Below, piece after piece: positions 57,625-64,000 of a stretch of 64,000 nucleotides of DNA (its first letter is position 1; the number at the start of each line of letters is the position of its first letter). Location of the stretch: the IMG/VR virus record IMGVR_UViG_3300028887_000078, one strand, 5' to 3'. Made by a program: the position numbers and the translations under genes. A model generated the notes under the pieces. It was not told the DNA's origin. It was given only the letters and a program-made list of their open reading frames with translations, and ran no database searches. The DNA comes from a virus (lineage: Duplodnaviria; Caudoviricetes).

Positions 57625-59561
57625 AAAAAATTGATGTAAACAAAACATACAAGGTATTATCCGATATAGACCACACACTTCTTCGTCCATCATCATTTCT
57701 TGGAAGTGTTGTTATGGAAACTGCGAGCAAATATGTGATGGAAAACGGAAGGTTCGTAATAAGAGATGTCACATACAATCCAGGTTTTCACAAACTTTTT
57801 GATGAAATTATATCAAATTCTGTGGATGAAAGCAAAAGACCATCAACAAAATTAAATACAATAAAGGTTGACATTGATGTAAAAAAATGCGCAATAACAA
57901 TTTATGATAATGGCGGAATACCTGTTGAAATACACAAGGAAACAAAAATGTATGTTCCTCAAATGATATTTGGAAATATGAGAAGTTCATCTAACTATAA
58001 TGATAGTGAGGACAGAGAGTGGGTTGGTGTCAATGGTCTTGGAAGTAAAATAACAAACATATTTTCCATTTTATTTAAGGTTGAAACCGCAGACGGAAAA
58101 AAGAAGTTTGTAATGCAATGGTCGGATAATATGAAAAAAGCATCATCTGCGAGTGTTGTTAAATCAACTTTACATTTTACTAAAATCACATACATTCCTG
58201 ATTTGGGAAGGTTCGGAATGACTACCATAACAGATGATGATATAAAACTTATTGAAAAACGAATATATGAGATTGCTGGGTGTAATCCGAAACTCAATAT
58301 GTATTTTCAGGGAAAACGAATACAACTGAAATCATTTAAGGATTACTGTAATATGTATGTGAAAGATGAAAACCTTATATACGAAGATAATAAAAAATGG
58401 CAAGTCGGAGTGGCATTGTCACCAAGCGGTACATTTCAACAGGTTAGTTATGTCAATTCAGTTTATACTTATGATGGTGGAACACATTGTGATTATGTAT
58501 TGAACCAAATAACATCTTTATTGCGTGAAAAAATAAGTAAAAAATGTAAATGTGACATACTCCCAGGTCAGATAAAGAACCATATTATGTTGTTTGTTAA
58601 TGCAACAATAATAAGACCGTCATTTTCATCACAAACAAAGGAAAAACTTATAACAAACCAAAAAGATTTTGGAACAGATATAAAATTGTCAGATAAGTTT
58701 TTAATGTCTGTATATAAAAGTGAAATTACACAATCTGTAATAGATTGGGTTTCAAAGAAAGCGGAGGCGGACGAAAAGGCGGCGGTGAGGAACGCCAACA
58801 AGATGCTCGCCAAAGTGAAGATAAGCAAACTCGTCGATGCAAAGGGCAGCGACAGAAGGAAATGCACGCTTATGCTCTGCGAGGGTGATTCACCGATGGC
58901 GGGGTTCAGGAAGTACAGGAACCCAGAAACACAGGGCGCTTTCCCGTTGAGGGGAAAATCATTGAACGTGAGGGAGGTGACTGAATCCAAGGCGATACAG
59001 AACCAAGAAATCAAAAGCATAATCGGCGCGCTCGGTTTGCAGTTCGGCAAGTCGCCTTTCGTGTATGACAAGAACGGGAACCTGATTGAAGACAACCTCC
59101 GATACGGGGAGATACACATCTACAGCGACGCGGATGTCGACGGCATAAGTTGCGCAAGTCTGTTGGTGAACATCTTCGAGAGGTGGTGGCCGGAACTCTT
59201 CAAGGAACACCGCGTGGCGAGGTGTGAGACACCCGTCATAATCGCGAAGAACAAAAAGACGGGCAAATGCCTGAACTTCTATTACGACGACGAATGGGAC
59301 GCTTGGGTGAAGAAAAACAAGACCGACGGTTGGGACATAGAATACAAGAAAGGACTCGCCGCGCTCGACGACGGACAGTATGCGGAAATCATACGCAATC
59401 CGAGACTTTATTATTATGAACTGACCGAAGAATCCCGTGAAAAACTGAACCTGTGGTTCGGCAGCGACTCCGCTCCGAGAAAGGACGAACTTATGAAAAA
59501 GGACGTTCCTGAAAGGGAGTATAAGGAACTTAAACCGAAAAAGACAAAGAAACTGTTTTGA
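57621..59561 (+). CDS. DNA topoisomerase II large subunit (GHKL ATPase plus TOPRIM; T4 gp39+gp60 equivalent)
   Basis: EIISNSVDE, DNGGIP, GVNGLGSK, CEGDS, PLRGK, DADVDG, YKKGL. Confidence 0.95.
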   Translation: MKKIDVNKTYKVLSDIDHTLLRPSSFLGSVVMETASKYVMENGRFVIRDVTYNPGFHKLFDEIISNSVDESKRPSTKLNTIKVDIDVKKCAITIYDNGGIPVEIHKETKMYVPQMIFGNMRSSSNYNDSEDREWVGVNGLGSKITNIFSILFKVETADGKKKFVMQWSDNMKKASSASVVKSTLHFTKITYIPDLGRFGMTTITDDDIKLIEKRIYEIAGCNPKLNMYFQGKRIQLKSFKDYCNMYVKDENLIYEDNKKWQVGVALSPSGTFQQVSYVNSVYTYDGGTHCDYVLNQITSLLREKISKKCKCDILPGQIKNHIMLFVNATIIRPSFSSQTKEKLITNQKDFGTDIKLSDKFLMSVYKSEITQSVIDWVSKKAEADEKAAVRNANKMLAKVKISKLVDAKGSDRRKCTLMLCEGDSPMAGFRKYRNPETQGAFPLRGKSLNVREVTESKAIQNQEIKSIIGALGLQFGKSPFVYDKNGNLIEDNLRYGEIHIYSDADVDGISCASLLVNIFERWWPELFKEHRVARCETPVIIAKNKKTGKCLNFYYDDEWDAWVKKNKTDGWDIEYKKGLAALDDGQYAEIIRNPRLYYYELTEESREKLNLWFGSDSAPRKDELMKKDVPEREYKELKPKKTKKLF

Positions 59562-59578
59562 AAAAGGAAGACGACAAT

Positions 59579-60211
59579 ATGAACCCGTTTGAAGTGCTCG
59601 GCGTGCCGAACAACACACCTGTTTCGGTCGTGAAGCATTTTTTCAGGAAACTGTCGATGGTGAAGCACCCAGACAAGGGAGGCGACGAGGGGGAGTATAA
59701 AAAACTCTTGTCGGCGTACAGCAAGATTTCCTGCGGTTACAAGGTGCCTGAAAAAAATAGGAAGTCCGCCCCGAAGAAAAACACGTCAGTCACCTATACA
59801 AAGGCGGTTGTTTCGATTGACGACGCCGCATACGGTTGCTATGCCGATGTCCCTGTCGGAAACGATTGCGCCTATGTGTTTGTCCCCGCTTGGGTTTTGA
59901 ACGGCGAGCACTTGCAGTTCAAGGGGATGGGCGCTCCTGACAGACAGGGTGTTAACGGCACGCTTGACGTCCTTGTTGAACTTTCAATCCCTGACGGGTT
60001 CACGTTTGAAAAGTATCTCGGACGCGACGTCCTTGTGTACAACATAAAATTGGAGCGGTCGTCCATTCCGAAAAAAATCACAATACCCCTGTTCAAAAGA
60101 AGGAAGGTCATATATCTGCCGAAAAAACTTCGCGACGGGATGTTCCTGAAAGTTCTCGGTTGGGGATACCCGAAAGGCGAACCTCTTTTTGTCAGAATCA
60201 TAATAAAGTGA
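59579..60211 (+). CDS. DnaJ-like protein (J-domain plus C-terminal domain)
   Basis: NPFEVLGV..KHPDKGGD; KGMG..G.L.V. Confidence 0.85.
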   Translation: MNPFEVLGVPNNTPVSVVKHFFRKLSMVKHPDKGGDEGEYKKLLSAYSKISCGYKVPEKNRKSAPKKNTSVTYTKAVVSIDDAAYGCYADVPVGNDCAYVFVPAWVLNGEHLQFKGMGAPDRQGVNGTLDVLVELSIPDGFTFEKYLGRDVLVYNIKLERSSIPKKITIPLFKRRKVIYLPKKLRDGMFLKVLGWGYPKGEPLFVRIIIK

Positions 60212-60322
60212 TTTCTCCGTATAATGGAAATTTTTGAAAAAATGAAATTCTGCTAATAGCAGGATTTTTTTTTGCTCTTTATTTTTTGCTCTTTATAAAT
60301 ATCTGAAAACGGATTACATAAA

Positions 60323-62284
60323 ATGTCGGCAATTCCAAACGTGAACAACTATCTTTCCACTGACACATTCCCACTGTCGGACGCTGCGTCAAAACTTGCA
60401 GGCGCAATCGCATCAGGCGAAATCGGCGAGAATGCGGCAACGAGCGGTCGTGACAAGTACGACACCCAAGTCGGGAAGTTCCTGAAAGGCGGTCGCAACA
60501 CAAACCTGATGACAGGCAATAACAAGATTGTGAACGGAATGGAAGACCCAAGTTTCCTTGCGTTTTCTTTCGGCATAGATACAATCGACGAAGGCGGACT
60601 GTTTGGGACAGACATTTCAAACTCAAACAAGAGCACAAACACCCTGCTTGCATTGAACAAGGACAGGTCGTATTCCGCGCTTACCTATCTGCACAACGCG
60701 ATAGGAAACGACGGTGATATGTCAAAGTTCACGTTTCCAAATGAATATGTCGAGATGACGAGATTTGTGAACGGGTTTCTGACATTGACAAAAGACCACC
60801 CCTATGTGTTCCAAGCGATTGACGGACTACCTGACGCCTACAAAAACTATATGAACATACACAAGGACTCTATGCTCGGCGGCGGGAAGGAAACCAAGAT
60901 AAAAATCACCTGCATAGAATCTATGGACTTGCGTATGTCCGCATTGTTCGATTCCTATTTCCAATCAGTCTACAACCACAGGTACAGGAGGATGAACATT
61001 CCGAACAACCTGTTGAGGTTCGACTGTTGGGTGCTTTTGCACGACCTTCGGAACGTCGCGCAGGATATGGGCGGACTTGGCGTGATTCGGAACATTACCC
61101 CGACAATCACAAAGGACATAGTGAACCATCTGTCCACAGTCCTGTTCCTGTTCAAGAACTGCACGTTCAATGTGGAGGAAATAGGTTCGTCATTCGACAG
61201 TATAAGCAACAAGGATGTCAATGAAACGAAGTTCGCTTTCTCGTTCACATACGGAGACCTTGAAGTGTCCATAAACTCGCTTGCCGACGCCTTTGAGGAA
61301 AACACGATTGGAAATGCCCCCGACAACCGCTATGAAAGCGGCATAGACATCGTGAAACTGAACGACAAGGCATTGCTGTCACATAAAACGAAGGATACCT
61401 TCGGTGACGACGGGTATGACAGCGGCATAAATCTCGGAGGTTTGATAAAGAAAGTCGGGTCTACCATATTCCACTATGCCACAAGCAAGTCCCCTATGGG
61501 GAATGTGTATGATGAAAGTTGGGCTGGAATGTTTTCCAATATGATGTCAACCATCACCAATGCAAGCACGTCGAGCATATTGAACTCCGTGTTCGAGACA
61601 GGTCGCCGCCACGCATACAACGCCGTGGCGAACAAAATAAACCCGAAGAACCCGCTTGGTGACCCCGTGTACGATGTTCCCGACAATGTGTACGGGCGCG
61701 GTGGTGAAACCGACGTGGAACCCGTGACGGAACTCGGAACAAGTTATCAGGAAGAACCGCTTGCCGAAGAACTTGTCGCGGTGAACGTGTACCCGCCGAT
61801 GCAACCGCAGGGAACACAACCTTCAGGCACTGTATATACATCATCACCGTCGCAGACACACCTTACAGTGTCGTCTGTATATGGGGACGAACCGCAGCAA
61901 AGTCACATTTCCGTAGAGAACATATATGGCGATATGCCTGAAAGCACACCATACTTCGGCGAAACAGCGGACGTTTCCACAAACGCAAATCACGGAAGGA
62001 TAGGAAATGAAACTATTTCGTTTTTTGAACCTGAACCGAATCGGATTGGCAGGGAGAATGTGTATGGTGAAACCGAAACCGAGAGCACTGAAATTGTGTT
62101 CGGAAACGTGTATTCATCGCCGATGGGAAAATCAAGACCTGCGTTCCATATAAATGTCTATGACAGGATTGTGGAGAGCATAACCAATCCGATGACCGTC
62201 GCCGAAATATTCGGAGCGCCGAAACCACCGCGCAAATTGAATAACGAAAACATATACGAAAATGGCACACATCCTACGAATTGA
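60323..62284 (+). CDS. Late structural protein with C-terminal N[VI]Y repeats
   Basis: TATAAATA at 60294; about 10 spaced [ND/S/T][VI]Y motifs in a P/E-rich tail. Confidence 0.75.
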   Translation: MSAIPNVNNYLSTDTFPLSDAASKLAGAIASGEIGENAATSGRDKYDTQVGKFLKGGRNTNLMTGNNKIVNGMEDPSFLAFSFGIDTIDEGGLFGTDISNSNKSTNTLLALNKDRSYSALTYLHNAIGNDGDMSKFTFPNEYVEMTRFVNGFLTLTKDHPYVFQAIDGLPDAYKNYMNIHKDSMLGGGKETKIKITCIESMDLRMSALFDSYFQSVYNHRYRRMNIPNNLLRFDCWVLLHDLRNVAQDMGGLGVIRNITPTITKDIVNHLSTVLFLFKNCTFNVEEIGSSFDSISNKDVNETKFAFSFTYGDLEVSINSLADAFEENTIGNAPDNRYESGIDIVKLNDKALLSHKTKDTFGDDGYDSGINLGGLIKKVGSTIFHYATSKSPMGNVYDESWAGMFSNMMSTITNASTSSILNSVFETGRRHAYNAVANKINPKNPLGDPVYDVPDNVYGRGGETDVEPVTELGTSYQEEPLAEELVAVNVYPPMQPQGTQPSGTVYTSSPSQTHLTVSSVYGDEPQQSHISVENIYGDMPESTPYFGETADVSTNANHGRIGNETISFFEPEPNRIGRENVYGETETESTEIVFGNVYSSPMGKSRPAFHINVYDRIVESITNPMTVAEIFGAPKPPRKLNNENIYENGTHPTN

Positions 62285-63341
62285 CGAAATGAATACGGCG
62301 GGGAAGATACACCATCTTCTCGGAAACGAGCAGTCGCTTGACGAACTCGCCTCCGACCTGATACGCTTCGTCAGATGGCAGATGACGCACTCCACGAAGA
62401 AAAGGAGGTTGTATGACGGAAAGAAATACATCTATTACTATCTGTGGGACTTCAACGAGATAACCGGATGGTTTTCCGAACAGGGAATCGACTTCCACTA
62501 TCCGCTATTCCTTGTCGAAAGCGGGGAGACCGTATCTGTCAAACTGTCGGTTGCGAGAATGGTGAAGGGTAGGAGAAAACAGCACGAGAGCGTCGGACTG
62601 ATAAAGTTGTTCGGCAACGAGAACGCATCACACAGCGTGAGGAAAAACGCAGACAAAATCAATGGCCATACAATATATGTGAATGCGGCGGTTCTGTCGA
62701 AGAAAGAGGGGATGGACATACACGGATACCTGAAAAGCGACAAGTTCGCGGACAGGTTCAGGGGGTCGGTCTGCCACGAGCTTATGCACGCGTTTGACAG
62801 GATAAGGATGCCGAAGCACACAAGGTCGCATATTGACGCTATGAAACGCGCATACAAGAAATACAGGTCGGATTTCGGCATAGGGAAGTCCATCGTCACA
62901 TTGAAGGATTTCGGGGTATGGAAAGGAAAGGCATTCAAAACAGACTCGGCGTTCCTGTCGGAACCTGTGAACGTCCGCGCCTTTTTTTATATGCTCCTCT
63001 ACTATGTCACCGACACGGAGATGAATGCTTATCTACAGACATTCGCCAACCAAATGCTGTCGCTCCGCACGGACGACCCCTATGAAAGTGACATATACAG
63101 GCGATACCACGCGATAAAGGAGATACTTGAAACCGACTTCAGTGGAATCGCGGACAGGGTTTTTGACGAAAGGACGGTATCTGACTTCACGGGACTTTTC
63201 CCAAAACTGAAAGGAAAGGATATATCGACGATATATCATAAATTGAGCGTGATGTTTTTGGAAAAGACAGAGAAATACATACACAAGATGAACACAATCC
63301 TTTATGATATAATGGAGTTATATGAGCAACATAAATTTTGA
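62262..63341 (+). CDS. Putative zinc metallopeptidase-like protein with MAHILRIDEM leader
   Basis: HELMH (HExxH) plus downstream EMNAY. Confidence 0.65.
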   Translation: MAHILRIDEMNTAGKIHHLLGNEQSLDELASDLIRFVRWQMTHSTKKRRLYDGKKYIYYYLWDFNEITGWFSEQGIDFHYPLFLVESGETVSVKLSVARMVKGRRKQHESVGLIKLFGNENASHSVRKNADKINGHTIYVNAAVLSKKEGMDIHGYLKSDKFADRFRGSVCHELMHAFDRIRMPKHTRSHIDAMKRAYKKYRSDFGIGKSIVTLKDFGVWKGKAFKTDSAFLSEPVNVRAFFYMLLYYVTDTEMNAYLQTFANQMLSLRTDDPYESDIYRRYHAIKEILETDFSGIADRVFDERTVSDFTGLFPKLKGKDISTIYHKLSVMFLEKTEKYIHKMNTILYDIMELYEQHKF

Positions 63342-63912
63342 TATGGAAAATATATTGACATACAACGAATTGACAGAAAGATTCACAGACGGGAACCTTG
63401 TTGACGACTCCTATATGGCACCTGTGAAGCAAATGCTGAAGGCAATGAGCGGGTTCAGCGCGAAATACCAAGCGGAACTCGCCGCTTTGAAACTGTCGCT
63501 CATAAGACCTGTCGAGTGCGTTTCCATCAACTCCCTGTTCGACGTCGAAACGGTGAGGGACATAAAGCGCTATGTCCGCCCTGCGGAAAAGAACTGCTTT
63601 GCAGACGCGTTCAGGACGGCAGACCTGCTCGGTCAGGACGGCGTGGAATACTGCGAAGGATATATGATTGTATACGGCATTCCGATTGAGCACGCGTTCA
63701 ATTCTTACAACGGGAGTTTCTTCGATGTGACGCGCGAAATCGGCGGGAACGACAATGTGACAAAGAACCAATATGTGTTCCTGAAATCTTGGGACGCGGA
63801 AAGCGCTATGCGCATAATGGCGGCGGATTCTATGCAGACCTATGGCGAGGTCTTTGACAAGGAGTTCCTCCTTGGACACAAAAACCTTGTGGAACCAAAG
63901 TTGAAAGCATAA
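63322..63912 (+). CDS. Conserved phage hypothetical protein
   Basis: NCF..YCEGY..PIEHAFN..FDVT, possibly a Cys-His-Asp triad. Confidence 0.8.
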   Translation: MSNINFDMENILTYNELTERFTDGNLVDDSYMAPVKQMLKAMSGFSAKYQAELAALKLSLIRPVECVSINSLFDVETVRDIKRYVRPAEKNCFADAFRTADLLGQDGVEYCEGYMIVYGIPIEHAFNSYNGSFFDVTREIGGNDNVTKNQYVFLKSWDAESAMRIMAADSMQTYGEVFDKEFLLGHKNLVEPKLKA

Positions 63913-64000
63913 AAAAACATTTTGTTTTTGTTATATTGAATGTGAAAAAACATACACTATGCTTACACGAACGATAGACAATTTCCTCGATGTAGACCAA

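Noticed and set aside
56263-59561. Intron or intein interrupting topoisomerase II
   Set aside because: The topoisomerase ORF is continuous and of normal length; the endonuclease is a separate upstream gene.
3736-63237. GATATATC double palindrome as a simple terminator or promoter element
   Set aside because: The stem is AT-rich with no consistent U-tract, three copies are intragenic, and its position relative to promoters is inconsistent.
1-64000. Alternative genetic code (TAG or TGA reassignment, as in Lak-type phages)
   Set aside because: Long conserved genes are intact in code 11. TAG and TGA end genes right at the next start, with many ATGA overlaps. Only isolated internal TGAs were seen.

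Overview
This window is a 64-kb segment of a T4-related jumbo phage genome using the standard genetic code. The host is probably Bacteroidota; this is inferred from SD-poor A-rich starts and a Bacteroidota-phage-type spanin candidate. Recognisable genes include gp13-like neck, gp26/gp51-like baseplate hub proteins, gp4-like head-completion nuclease, collagen-like fibre proteins, type II topoisomerase large subunit, Clp/Hsp100 ATPase, DnaJ, IMPDH/GMP reductase, thymidine kinase, ribosomal S1-like protein, TROVE/vWA protein, a GH73 glucosaminidase, two DUF285 proteins and two EKYG-repeat endonucleases. Two promoter classes are visible: late TATAAATA and an early-type TTATATTCAA. Features not explained by ordinary annotation: (1) about 47 small genes share an N-terminal M[RK][IL][ST][ED] or MISD tag on otherwise diverse proteins; (2) a 19-bp double palindrome GATATATC-N3-GATATAT(C/T) recurs ten times at regular ~6.6-kb spacing, including inside CDSs; (3) three AT-rich single-gene cassettes are bounded by a conserved ~24-bp inverted repeat; (4) an orphan TnpB omegaRNA-like element sits behind a late promoter; (5) a second N-terminal tag (MxHI..IDE[MF]) marks late genes. 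All motif positions were found by eye, so copy counts may be incomplete.
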